A stretch of 64,000 bases of DNA from an uncultured delta proteobacterium. Lineage in GTDB: Bacteria > Bdellovibrionota > FAC87 > UBA2466. The position numbers and the translations under genes are program-made. The notes under the pieces were generated by a model. That model saw only the letters and a program-made list of their open reading frames with translations. It searched no databases and had not been told where the DNA came from. Each line of letters begins with the position of its first letter. The stretch's first letter is position 1. Shown here one piece after another: positions 1 through 9,595 of the stretch. The DNA lies in contig CAVZSV010000004.1 of assembly GCA_963778115.1 (NCBI GenBank), forward strand, positions 96,001-160,000, in the 5' to 3' direction.

Positions 1-1
1 A

Positions 2-988
2 CATTCCCAGATTGAAAAAATGCTCAAGGAAGCTCTTAATAAGGAATTCGATAAAGAGAAGCCAGAGGATTGGGAGTTCTATCAACGCATCAAGGATACT
101 AGTCTTCAAGAACTAAAGACCAAAGATATCCCAGATGAAAAGATGAAGGTGGCGTTTGAAGAAGCTCGCAAAAAGAAAGTGGAAGACACCAAATTTTATG
201 AAGAGCAGATCGAAAAATTAAAGACCGCTAAAACGCCCAAAGAGAGAGAAGCGATCCAAAACGCGCTGGCCGAACGAGGTTTTAAAACAGACAATCTCTA
301 TGCTTATTCTAAGCACTACGGAAATCTAGGAAACGTCGAGAAATCGGCGGGAGCCTTGGATGCCGCGGGAAAGGTAAACGATAAGGGGCAAATCATCGCC
401 GAGATAAAAGATCCCAAAGGCGATGTCACTCACTCGACCTTTTTAGGAACTTACGATCAACCGTGGGATGACGAAGTCAAAGACGGTAAGGTTGTGAAAA
501 AAGGAAGAGGCTCTTTGGCCCGAATCGCGGCTCCGTTGCTCGCCGCGCGCTATGCTCAAGATGATTTTGTGGCGCCAAAAGCTCCGACCAAGGACAAGGA
601 CTATCAAATGCCCTTACCTACCGAAGGAGACAAACCGGCTCGTTTAGAAAATACGGATGAAGCCAAGCTTCCGACCGCTAAACTTCCGGTTGCGGAACCC
701 ATAAAAGACACTAAGGCTGCCACTGACACCGCCCAATATGTCTCGCTAGCACCCACAAGTGTTCGCGATATGATTACCGATGCGAACCGATGCCAGCAAT
801 GCCACAAGGCTGGGGGTAAAGGGCCGGAATTCTCTGAAGTGAAAAAGGAAGATTTCAAAACCAAAGTTTTTGACCGAGCGGCGTTTGACAAGATGACCCA
901 ATCGGGAGGAACGCCGTTCAAACTCTCTGACGCCGATTACACAACTCTTCACGCTTGGATTGACGCGGTTAACAAGCCCAAGGAGTAA
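2..988 (+). CDS. Hypothetical protein with a C-terminal c-type heme motif; probably 5'-partial
   Basis: ORF 20..988 stays open back to the window edge. Lys/Glu-rich body, Pro-rich linker, then CQQCH followed by a Met and a short cytochrome-c-like C-terminal helix (LSDADYTTLHAWI). Confidence 0.55.
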   Translation, partial: HSQIEKMLKEALNKEFDKEKPEDWEFYQRIKDTSLQELKTKDIPDEKMKVAFEEARKKKVEDTKFYEEQIEKLKTAKTPKEREAIQNALAERGFKTDNLYAYSKHYGNLGNVEKSAGALDAAGKVNDKGQIIAEIKDPKGDVTHSTFLGTYDQPWDDEVKDGKVVKKGRGSLARIAAPLLAARYAQDDFVAPKAPTKDKDYQMPLPTEGDKPARLENTDEAKLPTAKLPVAEPIKDTKAATDTAQYVSLAPTSVRDMITDANRCQQCHKAGGKGPEFSEVKKEDFKTKVFDRAAFDKMTQSGGTPFKLSDADYTTLHAWIDAVNKPKE

Positions 989-999
989 CCACTTTCTCG

Positions 1000-1027
1000 T
1001 TGACTAACGCACGGTAACCCTTATGGT
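1000..1027 (+). promoter_or_regulatory. Possible sigma-70 promoter for the gcvH operon
   Basis: TTGACT-N16-TATGGT about 30 nt upstream of ATG 1056. Confidence 0.35.
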
Positions 1028-1055
1028 ATTAGGCCAACGGGAGACGTGTGAAGTC

Positions 1056-1448
1056 ATGAGCAATCCTATTCCTGAGGGCTATCAGTTCACCAAAGAGCAC
1101 GAGTGGGTTCACCTCGAAGACAATATAGCAACCATTGGTATCAGCGATTTCGCCCAGGAATCTCTAGGGGATATCACCTACGTACAACTTCCTAAAGAAG
1201 GCGAAGAGATCAAAAAAGACGATACGTTCGGTGTCGTCGAATCTGTCAAAGCGGTCAGCGATCTCTACGCCCCCGTAACGGGACGTGTCATAGAGGTTAA
1301 TCAGCCTCTGCTCGACGCTCCCGAACTCGTCAACGAAGATCCTTATAACGATGGCTGGATGATCAAAGTGGAAGTGAAAGACACGTCGGAAGCGCAAGAC
1401 CTCATGTCAGTCGCCGACTATAAGGAGTACGTAGAGGAAAAAGCGTAA
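1056..1448 (+). CDS. gcvH: Glycine cleavage system H protein
   Basis: HEWV, GISDFAQESLGDI, lipoyl-Lys motif VESVKAVSDLYAP, NEDPYNDGW. Start placed at ATG 1056. Confidence 0.97.
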   Translation: MSNPIPEGYQFTKEHEWVHLEDNIATIGISDFAQESLGDITYVQLPKEGEEIKKDDTFGVVESVKAVSDLYAPVTGRVIEVNQPLLDAPELVNEDPYNDGWMIKVEVKDTSEAQDLMSVADYKEYVEEKA

Positions 1449-1449
1449 A

Positions 1450-2826
1450 GTGGCCTTCATTCCTCTCACTCCGGAAGAAGAGCGCCACGCCCTAAAGGTG
1501 ATCGGCGTCCATAGTACCGAAGAACTCTTCTCGACCGTCCCTCCAAAAATTCGTGAAAATGCAGATTTTAAGATCGATCCCGGTCGAGGCTTTGATTCGA
1601 GCGGCCGCGGCCTCTCAGAACACGAACTCAGACGCTACTTCCACGGCTTGGCGGAAGAAAACGCTCATGCCCCTAAATTTACCCATTTCTTAGGGGGTGG
1701 AGTTTATGACAACATTATTCCCGCCATCGTGAATCAGTTGGTCCTTCGCGGAGAGTTTCTCACCTGCTATACGCCCTACCAGCCCGAGATGAGTCAGGGC
1801 ACGCTGCAGATGATTTTTGAATTTCAAACGATGATGGCGCGATTAACGGCGATGGAAGTCGCCAATGCCTCCATGTACGACGGATCCACGGCGGCGGCCG
1901 AAGCGATTTTGATGGCACAACGACTTTCGAGCAGCACTCGCCAAAATGTTCTCGTCGCGGGCTCGCTTCCTCCAGACTATCGGCAAGTCATCGATACCTT
2001 TTTGAGAGGGCATTCGGTCCTTCCTCAAACGATTCATTGGACGAAGCAAGGGCAGTTGGATGTCGAGCATTTAAAGAGTCTTCTTACGTCAGCCAATCCC
2101 TGTGCTATCGTCGTTCCCTCGCCAAATTACTTTGGGATTATCGAACCTCTCGACGAGATTAAATCATTGCTCCCGAAAGGATGCTTGCTAATCGTAAGCG
2201 TCGCGGACGCTTCAGCCCTTTCCCTTTTTGAACCTCCGGGTAAATTCGGCGCCGATATCGTGGTGGGCGAGGCTCACCAATTGGGAACCCCGATGCTTTT
2301 CGGGGGGCCTCACGTGGGTTTCTTTGCCAGTCGAAAAGAGTTTCTGCGCCAAATGCCGGGACGGCTTTGCGGAGAGAGTGTCGACAAGCAAGGGGAGCGC
2401 GCTTACACGCTAACCCTATCAACTCGCGAGCAGCATATTAGACGAGAAAAGGCGACTTCTAACATCTGCACAAACCAGGGGCTTATCGCTTTACGGACCA
2501 CGATCTATTTAAGTTTTCTGGGCAAACGAGGTTTTGAGCGTTTAGGCGAGATGAACTATTCGTTATTCGACCATCTAGCCACCGAACTAGGGGCCCACGG
2601 CATTCCGCTAAAGTTTAGCGGAGGGCTACATTACCGCGAAGGGGTGTTCGAAGTTCCCAATTTAGATGCCAGATTTCAATCGGCTGTTCAAAAAGGAATT
2701 ATTCCTGGGATAAAACTGGCCCCTAAATTCGGGGACGACTTTAAATCGAGCCTTTTAGTATGCGTCCATCCGAAACACACCAAGGGTGACATAGAAGCTT
2801 TGGTCGAGGTGCTTTCGCATGCCTGA
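1450..2826 (+). CDS. gcvPA: Glycine dehydrogenase (decarboxylating) subunit 1
   Basis: EFLTCYTPYQPEMSQGTLQ, NASMYDG, REQHIRREKATSNICTNQ. Confidence 0.96.
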   Translation: MAFIPLTPEEERHALKVIGVHSTEELFSTVPPKIRENADFKIDPGRGFDSSGRGLSEHELRRYFHGLAEENAHAPKFTHFLGGGVYDNIIPAIVNQLVLRGEFLTCYTPYQPEMSQGTLQMIFEFQTMMARLTAMEVANASMYDGSTAAAEAILMAQRLSSSTRQNVLVAGSLPPDYRQVIDTFLRGHSVLPQTIHWTKQGQLDVEHLKSLLTSANPCAIVVPSPNYFGIIEPLDEIKSLLPKGCLLIVSVADASALSLFEPPGKFGADIVVGEAHQLGTPMLFGGPHVGFFASRKEFLRQMPGRLCGESVDKQGERAYTLTLSTREQHIRREKATSNICTNQGLIALRTTIYLSFLGKRGFERLGEMNYSLFDHLATELGAHGIPLKFSGGLHYREGVFEVPNLDARFQSAVQKGIIPGIKLAPKFGDDFKSSLLVCVHPKHTKGDIEALVEVLSHA

Positions 2827-4336
2827 AAATAATAATAATATCTCACCACAGGCTAAGACGGTTACGGAAGCTACTCGCGGGCTGGTTCTCAAAGAGACTA
2901 CTATTTTCGAAAGGTCATCCCCAGGACGAAACGGATTTGACCTGCCTCCCCTTGAGGTTCCCAGAAAGTTACCTCCGAAGTACGCCAGAGAGACGAGTGC
3001 GGAGCTTCCTGAAGTAGGAGAACTTGAAGTTGTTCGCCATTTCTCGCGACTCTCTACCTGGAATTACGCTATCGATTTAGGAACGTTTCCCTTGGGTTCT
3101 TGCACGATGAAGTATAACCCGCGTATCAACGAAGAGGTCGCGATCATTCCCGGCCTTAGTGAAATCCATCCGGAGACGCCACCTGAATTGTGTCAAGGAG
3201 CGCTAGAGCTTATCTATCGACTGGAAAATGCCCTTTGCCAAATCTCGGGGCTCGACGAATGCTCCGTACAGCCGGCGGCGGGAGCGCATGGGGAATTCAC
3301 GGGTTTGTCGCTTATCCACGCTTTTCATGAAAAGCATGGAAGCAGCCGCAAATTGGTGCTCATTCCCGATACCGCCCATGGAACCAACCCGGCCTCCTGC
3401 GTTTTGGCGGGATATCAAGCAATCACTTTGAAATCCTCCCCCAACGGAACCGTTTCGACCGAGACAGTTGCTGAAGCGATCGATAAGTACGGACGGGATA
3501 TTGCCGCTTTAATGGTAACCAATCCCAATACCAACGGGCTTTTTGAATCGAATATTGTTGAGATAGCAGAACTGATTCATAGTATCGGAGCCCAACTCTA
3601 TATGGACGGCGCCAACATGAACGCCATTCTGGGGGTGGCAAAGCCTCGCGATATGGGTGTAGATGTCATGCAATACAATTTGCACAAGACCTTTTCGACA
3701 CCTCACGGAGGAGGTGGTCCGGGAGCCGGACCTGTCGCAGTGAAAGCGCACCTTGCCCCCTATCTTCCGGGGCCCCGAGTCCGTCTGGTTGATAAGCGTT
3801 ACGTGCTAGAGACAACTACGGAGTCGATTGGCAAAGTAAAAGCGGGATTCGGTAATTTCGGTGTCGCCGTAAGGGCTCTGGCTTACATCTTGGCTCATGG
3901 AAGTGATGGCCTTAAGAAAGTCTCGCGTGCGGCAGTTCTCAACGCCAACTACTTACGTGCGAGGCTTTCGGAGCATTACCAAGTGGCCTATTCCACCCCT
4001 AATTTTCACGAGTGTGTTTTCACTGATGCCAAACAGCAAAAGGAAGGCGGAGTCAAAACCCTTCAGATCGCTAAAGCTCTCATTGACGAAGGATTTCATC
4101 CACCGACCATCTATTTTCCATTGACCGTCCCCGGCGCCATGCTAGTGGAGCCGACCGAAACGGAAAGCCTTCAAGAGCTTGATAAATTAGTGGATGCTCT
4201 TGTTCGCATAGCTTCGCGTATCCAATCGAAAGAGGAGTCCTTTGACAACAGCCCCACCAAAACAATTGTGGAAAGGGTGGATGAAGTCGGAGCCGCTCGG
4301 CGGCCCGTCCTCTCACTGGACGATCGCGGCCGCTGA
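2819..4336 (+). CDS. gcvPB: Glycine dehydrogenase (decarboxylating) subunit 2
   Basis: PLGSCTMKYNP, QPAAGAHGE, HGTNPAS, PLP-Lys motif NLHKTFSTPHGGGGPG, EPTETES. Confidence 0.96.
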   Translation: MPENNNNISPQAKTVTEATRGLVLKETTIFERSSPGRNGFDLPPLEVPRKLPPKYARETSAELPEVGELEVVRHFSRLSTWNYAIDLGTFPLGSCTMKYNPRINEEVAIIPGLSEIHPETPPELCQGALELIYRLENALCQISGLDECSVQPAAGAHGEFTGLSLIHAFHEKHGSSRKLVLIPDTAHGTNPASCVLAGYQAITLKSSPNGTVSTETVAEAIDKYGRDIAALMVTNPNTNGLFESNIVEIAELIHSIGAQLYMDGANMNAILGVAKPRDMGVDVMQYNLHKTFSTPHGGGGPGAGPVAVKAHLAPYLPGPRVRLVDKRYVLETTTESIGKVKAGFGNFGVAVRALAYILAHGSDGLKKVSRAAVLNANYLRARLSEHYQVAYSTPNFHECVFTDAKQQKEGGVKTLQIAKALIDEGFHPPTIYFPLTVPGAMLVEPTETESLQELDKLVDALVRIASRIQSKEESFDNSPTKTIVERVDEVGAARRPVLSLDDRGR

Positions 4337-5792
4337 TAATGCGTACCTGATTGGTCTACTCGTCCTAACCGCATTTCATCTTTGGCTATCGGCGCATCTT
4401 CCGCCGGCTGAAGACGAACTTTACTATTGGGCCTGGTCGAAGAGTCTGCAGAGCAGCTACTTTGATCATCCGCCGCTAGTGGCTTATCTCATCGCTTTTT
4501 CCACAAAAATTTTTGGCGACACGCTCTTTGGCATACGTTTTTTCTCTTCTATAGCGGCCTTTTTCATACTTTGGGCCATGCGTAAGCTATCTTACCGTTC
4601 CGGCATTCTTGTCTATCTTTGGTTCACGCCGATGTTCCTCTTGGGCGCCGTACTGATGACACCCGACACCCCTTTTCTGGTCTTTTGGATGTGTTATCTG
4701 CTCTGGCTGGTCGCCATTAACAATCCGCTATCCGAATGGAGAGAAGATCCTGTCGCCCGAGTTTATCGCAAATCTCCGATTAGTAACGCCATGTGGTGTC
4801 TCGGGGGACTCTTTCTGGGGCTAGGCTTTCTAGGTAAATACACCATGGCTCTGGCGGCCCCCTGCTCCTTACTGGTGCTTTGGACGCGCTACCGGCGCGG
4901 AGCGTGGATTAAAGGTTATCTGCTTCATGCTCTGGTTGCCGCTATCGTCGCCATTCCAGTGCTTCGCTTTAACCTGGAGCACCACTTTGCCTCTTTCCAT
5001 TTCCAGTGGCGCAACGCCATGGAGAGTAGCGGTGGTTTTTCTCTAGGCAGACTCTGGCAATTTTTGGGAGGCCAAGTCGTTTTGATCGGAGCCCTTCCCT
5101 TTGTGATGCTACCGTGGGCGCTTCTGCACCGAGCAGAACTTAGCGATGATAAGCGGATGCATATCTGCTACTACTTTTTCGTTCTCCCCCTTCTCTTTTT
5201 CCTTTTTCAAGCGCTTAGAACCAAACTTGAAGCTAATTGGGCGCTCGCGTGCTACTTGTCTTTTTTTCCGATAGCACAGTGGTTGCTAGATCGATCGTCA
5301 TTTAAGACTTTTGGCCAAATTTTAGTGTTCGCTTCCTTTGCGGCTCCGCTCATCTTTGCCGTTTGTTTAATGATTCACTTAGTGCACCCCTTTCAAATCG
5401 TGGCGCCCAAAAATGACAGGCTCACTCGCGCCAAAATGCAGTTTGAACTTTCCCTTCGGGTCGCGACTGACATGAAACATATAGCCGCGACCGCAGCCCC
5501 CCCCACCATCCTGCCCGTGTTTGCGCCCACTTATCAGTGGACGTCGTATTTTCGCTTTCGAGGAGTTCCAGCGGAGCAGATTTATCCAGGCAGCCGAATG
5601 AGCCAATTTACGTTGGAACCCAAGGACGCCTGCGCTTACCGGAATATACTCCTGTTTTCAGAAACACCAGACGGAGGGCTCGCTAAGAATACGCTTAAAT
5701 GTTTTCCCCAGTCTCGAACGGAAAAGGTCTACCCGCTTGTGGTTCGCGGGGAGACGGTAGACACCTATTATTTACTGCGTTACAGCCGATGA
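4242..5792 (+). CDS. ArnT/PMT-like (GT39/GT83) membrane glycosyltransferase; true start uncertain
   Basis: DELYYWAWS...YFDHPPLVA, TPDTP, KYT, EANW motifs and many TM segments. 5' end overlaps gcvPB. Confidence 0.85.
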   Translation: MTTAPPKQLWKGWMKSEPLGGPSSHWTIAAADNAYLIGLLVLTAFHLWLSAHLPPAEDELYYWAWSKSLQSSYFDHPPLVAYLIAFSTKIFGDTLFGIRFFSSIAAFFILWAMRKLSYRSGILVYLWFTPMFLLGAVLMTPDTPFLVFWMCYLLWLVAINNPLSEWREDPVARVYRKSPISNAMWCLGGLFLGLGFLGKYTMALAAPCSLLVLWTRYRRGAWIKGYLLHALVAAIVAIPVLRFNLEHHFASFHFQWRNAMESSGGFSLGRLWQFLGGQVVLIGALPFVMLPWALLHRAELSDDKRMHICYYFFVLPLLFFLFQALRTKLEANWALACYLSFFPIAQWLLDRSSFKTFGQILVFASFAAPLIFAVCLMIHLVHPFQIVAPKNDRLTRAKMQFELSLRVATDMKHIAATAAPPTILPVFAPTYQWTSYFRFRGVPAEQIYPGSRMSQFTLEPKDACAYRNILLFSETPDGGLAKNTLKCFPQSRTEKVYPLVVRGETVDTYYLLRYSR

Positions 5793-6994
5793 AGTACTAC
5801 TTACAGTTTCTCCTTTTTGTTCTAGTCACGATTGAAATTTTTTCGCTTTTGCCCTCAGGCTCACACGAATTTGAGCCGGCCAACACTCCCCACTCGCCTT
5901 TCTTACTTGGAGCCATTCACATCCACTCCAAATATTCCATAGGGAGCGGGACAATTCCCGAGATCGCTGAAGCCGCCAATAATTCCGGGCTCAACTTTGT
6001 GGTAGTCACCGATCTTGATACCTCTCAAGCCAGGCGCGATGGATTCGAAAAAAGTTATGGGCGAGTCGACGCCTTTATAGAAATGGAAGCGACAACCCCG
6101 GCAGGACACGCCCTTTCCTTCTTTTCTACCAGTAGCGCTCGTGGACAGACAGATGCTCAAATTGTCCGCCTCACGTGGGAGCATATTCTAAATCGGGAAA
6201 ATCCCACCGATTTCTTTTCGGTCATCGCTCATCCCAGCAACCTTAAGTACCCTTGGAGCAGTCTCGACAGATTCCCCGAGGGGGTGGAGATCGTCAATTT
6301 CGATAGCAGCTGGCGGCGCGAGTTGGACGAATCCATTCTAGGCTTTGGGCTGACCTTGCTCATCGCCCCCTTTAATAATTATCTCGCGGCAGCCAGATTC
6401 GCCCAACTCTATCCCAAAGATGTCTCTTCGCTGGACGCGATCAATAGTGTGACTCCCGGCCACTTTGGAATCTTAGGGCATGACGTGAGAGCGAGTTTTA
6501 AACTAAACGATACTTTGGCCATCCCTTGGCCCTCTTATGAGAAGGCTTTCCGTACCGCGGCCAACGTCATCTTCTACCAAGGAGTACTTGCGACGGATTT
6601 TGAACTAAGAAAGCGACAGATCTATAGCGCCATTCGTTCTGGGCGTTCCGCCGTCGTATTTCGTTATCTTCATGCGTTCGATGGAAACGATTGGCGCTTG
6701 CAGTGTGCTGAGCGGACCTTCACCACGGGAGACGAAGCAACGCTAAACGGAGAGAAGTGTACCTTTGAAATAAGTACCCCCGATAAGTTTGCTTATCCCA
6801 TTCGCCTCAGGCTTTATAAGAACGGCGAATTAGTAAACGAGGTAGGAGCCAAAGGAGGAGAAAAATCCCACTTCCCTCTCTCCGGACGAGGGGCTTATCG
6901 CCTTGAAGTTTGGGCAAAGGTACACACGCTGTTTCGGATTCTCGCCAACGATGAAGTCCCGTACGTTTTGTATAATTCGATTTATGTGAAGTAG
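5789..6994 (+). CDS. PHP-fold metallohydrolase-like exported or membrane-anchored protein
   Basis: GAIHIHS, FVVVTD, AHP, GVEIVN motifs; hydrophobic N-terminus; ATGA overlap with the upstream stop. Confidence 0.7.
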   Translation: MKYYLQFLLFVLVTIEIFSLLPSGSHEFEPANTPHSPFLLGAIHIHSKYSIGSGTIPEIAEAANNSGLNFVVVTDLDTSQARRDGFEKSYGRVDAFIEMEATTPAGHALSFFSTSSARGQTDAQIVRLTWEHILNRENPTDFFSVIAHPSNLKYPWSSLDRFPEGVEIVNFDSSWRRELDESILGFGLTLLIAPFNNYLAAARFAQLYPKDVSSLDAINSVTPGHFGILGHDVRASFKLNDTLAIPWPSYEKAFRTAANVIFYQGVLATDFELRKRQIYSAIRSGRSAVVFRYLHAFDGNDWRLQCAERTFTTGDEATLNGEKCTFEISTPDKFAYPIRLRLYKNGELVNEVGAKGGEKSHFPLSGRGAYRLEVWAKVHTLFRILANDEVPYVLYNSIYVK

Positions 6995-7159
6995 ACGGAT
7001 GCGGCTACGTCTATGACTTGCTTTAGCCACTAGCACTAGCTCTATTTCCTGGGGCGCGTTCCTTGCGAAACGCGGCGTATTCCCACGGTACCCACCCCCA
7101 AAAATGTCACGCTGACTACCAACTCCACGCAATCCCTACAACATCAGCTTCCGTCTTAA

Positions 7160-7175
7160 TGGAATATCCATTGCA
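7160..7175 (+). promoter_or_regulatory. Sigma-54-type -24/-12 promoter
   Basis: TGGAATATCCATTGCA (GG-N10-GC with TTGC), just upstream of the delta-60 repeat gene. Confidence 0.5.
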
Positions 7176-7192
7176 TTCTTTTAAGGTTGGAT

Positions 7193-8599
7193 ATGCGGCG
7201 GTTTCTGACATGGCTTTTGGCTCCGTGGAGCGTGCTCTTATTGCAGGCATGTGCGCCCTCAAACCACTGTGTATTCTCCGTGGATTCTGCTTCTCAAAGT
7301 TACGCCAATGTCGACAACATGCTGGGATTGGACTCCGCCTACGGCATCGAGGGCAGACAATGGACCAGCTTTTCCGGAACGACCTCAGCGAGAAAATTGT
7401 TTCTCATGGCGAACGGTTCTATTTTGGCGACAGGCTTTAACGGTCAATCCGTCTATATGGCCCGTTACCTTTCCAATGGATCCGCCGATCCCTCCTTCGG
7501 GACAAACGGGCAAATTTCTCAACCCGTTGATTTTGAAATCGGAGATGTGGGGTTTCAATCTACTGGCCAGATTATCGCGGCTGGTTTTACTTCCGCAAAT
7601 GGAGCGGGATCTTTGGTGGCCGTTCGTTTCAATACGGACGGTACGCCCGACACCGCTTTCGGAGCTCAGGGTCAGGCGGTTAGCGTTTTTTCTCAAGGAT
7701 CGAATTTTCAGTTCAATGCTCTGGCAATTCAAAACACGGACGCTATCGACATTGTCGGTTCCGCCACTACCACCTTCGATATTACTATCCCCCAGCTGGG
7801 ATTTCAGTTTCCCATTTCCGCGACGACTGAGATAGCCCTATTTCGAACTTTAGCCACGGGACAACCCGATAGTAATTTCGGATCTAATGGCCAGGTCTAT
7901 AGGCAGGGAACCGATGCGATTTCGTTAATGAACGATGTCGATGCGGCAGCAGTGGGAAACGATGGTTCTCTCATCCTTGCCGGCGACTCCTATAATACCG
8001 ATGGTCAGCAATTTACTTTGATTCGGTTTAATCCCGATGGCTCCCTAGACACAACTTTTGGCGTGGCCTCTCAGGCCACCGCCCCTGAAAATAATGCGAC
8101 AACGGAAGCGTTTGGAGTCACCATCGATCCTGATGGAACCATCACGGCGACCGGTCATCTTACCCAAAATACCGCTACCCAAGCGATGACCGCGCGGTTT
8201 AACTCCAGCGGACGACTCGACTCAAGCTTTGGTGGAAACGGAATCGTTATCGAAACGGGAAATGGAAATGCTGTTTCGGCAAGTGCAGTCCTTCGGGTCG
8301 CGGATCGAACCGTAATCGGCGGGTACATGGAGGTGATGACCGCTTCCAACAACGTAGATACTTCGACCTGTACGGCGCTGACCGATTCCAACCCCAATTA
8401 CGTTTACGCCCTTTACCGCTACCTTTCCAATGGCTCCAGGGACAACGATTTCGGATCCAACGGAAGCGTTCAGTTTGATTTCTCAGGCTCTGACGCGCGG
8501 GTTCAGACACTGCTTCAGTCTGGCCTTACTACGCCCCTTTTGGTCGGCGGTTATGCCGATGGGAGCTTTGGTACGGCTCGCTTAATTTCACAACCTTAG
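7193..8599 (+). CDS. Delta-60 repeat (beta-propeller-like) lipoprotein
   Basis: Repeated R(F/Y)xxDGxxDxxFGxxG units; signal peptide ending in lipobox LQAC. Confidence 0.85.
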   Translation: MRRFLTWLLAPWSVLLLQACAPSNHCVFSVDSASQSYANVDNMLGLDSAYGIEGRQWTSFSGTTSARKLFLMANGSILATGFNGQSVYMARYLSNGSADPSFGTNGQISQPVDFEIGDVGFQSTGQIIAAGFTSANGAGSLVAVRFNTDGTPDTAFGAQGQAVSVFSQGSNFQFNALAIQNTDAIDIVGSATTTFDITIPQLGFQFPISATTEIALFRTLATGQPDSNFGSNGQVYRQGTDAISLMNDVDAAAVGNDGSLILAGDSYNTDGQQFTLIRFNPDGSLDTTFGVASQATAPENNATTEAFGVTIDPDGTITATGHLTQNTATQAMTARFNSSGRLDSSFGGNGIVIETGNGNAVSASAVLRVADRTVIGGYMEVMTASNNVDTSTCTALTDSNPNYVYALYRYLSNGSRDNDFGSNGSVQFDFSGSDARVQTLLQSGLTTPLLVGGYADGSFGTARLISQP

Positions 8600-8730
8600 C
8601 TCTCATAAGACCTTAAATGCTAAGCGTCATTGCAGCGCATTCCCCTTTACGCACCACACTAGATATCTTATGGATCTGGGCACGATCCAGGTAATCGCTC
8701 GAATTGCCGATAAGAAGAAAGGCTGTCCTT

Positions 8731-9231
8731 ATGACAACAACAAAACCACTATGGGCCCCCTGGCGAATGGAATATATCGCGGGTCACTTGAAAGAAAACA
8801 AGCAAGGGTGCGTCTTCTGTTCGTTACCGAAAGAGAAGGACGACCGAAACAATTTAATTGTTCATCGTGCGGAGCGAGTCTTTGTGATCTTAAATAAGTT
8901 TCCTTACAACAGCGGACATCTGATGGTGGTGCCGAACGCTCATGTCTCGGATCTCAATCTGCTGGATGACGAAACGCTGACCGATCTGACGAAGATGACG
9001 CGACATGGAGTTCAAGCGCTGAAAGAAAAATATCAAGCGGAAGGGTTCAATATCGGAATGAATTTGGGCCAAGCCGGAGGCGCTGGCATCAAAGATCATC
9101 TGCACATGCACGTCGTTCCCCGCTGGGTGGGCGACACCAATTTTATGCCCGTGATAGGGGAAGTGAAATCGATGCCCCAACATCTTTTGACCACTTTTGA
9201 CCAGATCCACGACTATTTTAGGAGGTTATAG
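8731..9231 (+). CDS. HIT-family hydrolase (Ap4A phosphorylase/Fhit-like)
   Basis: LWAPWRMEYI, CVFC, LNKFPYNSGHLMVVP, HLHMHVVPRW-GD. Confidence 0.93.
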   Translation: MTTTKPLWAPWRMEYIAGHLKENKQGCVFCSLPKEKDDRNNLIVHRAERVFVILNKFPYNSGHLMVVPNAHVSDLNLLDDETLTDLTKMTRHGVQALKEKYQAEGFNIGMNLGQAGGAGIKDHLHMHVVPRWVGDTNFMPVIGEVKSMPQHLLTTFDQIHDYFRRL

Positions 9232-9238
9232 AAAGATT

Positions 9239-9595
9239 ATGAAAGGTCTAAAAATCATCCCCATGTTTCTAGGTCTGATGGTGCTGACCTATCTCGGCAT
9301 GCAGTTCGTGGAAGCCAACCACGACGACGTGTCGATAAGTCTAGGATCGTACTATCAGAGTTTACCCATGCCGTTAGGGTTTGTGGTTCTGACGAGCATT
9401 CTTATCGGAATGATTGTCTGCGGAGTTCTTTGCGCAGTAGAGCTTTTAGCCCTTTACGTCCATAATCGCAGGCTGCGACGACGCGTTGGACTTTTGGAAG
9501 CTAAAATTCGACGAGATAACGGGAAGGATGCGAAAGAGACCGTCATCGATAAACCTGCGCATCACGATCCAGGCTCTCTTCATACTTCACAATGA
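9239..9595 (+). CDS. lapA: LapA/DUF1049-like small membrane protein
   Basis: Two TM helices with FxxxN followed by a basic coiled tail, typical of LapA. Confidence 0.65.
   Translation: MKGLKIIPMFLGLMVLTYLGMQFVEANHDDVSISLGSYYQSLPMPLGFVVLTSILIGMIVCGVLCAVELLALYVHNRRLRRRVGLLEAKIRRDNGKDAKETVIDKPAHHDPGSLHTSQ

Noticed and set aside
989..1055. Glycine riboswitch upstream of gcvH
   Set aside because: The gap is only about 67 nt and lacks the aptamer motifs.
8687..8713. Sigma-28 promoter (GCCGATAA at 8706) before the HIT gene
   Set aside because: The -10 matches perfectly but the -35 (CCAGG) is poor, and it is a single instance.
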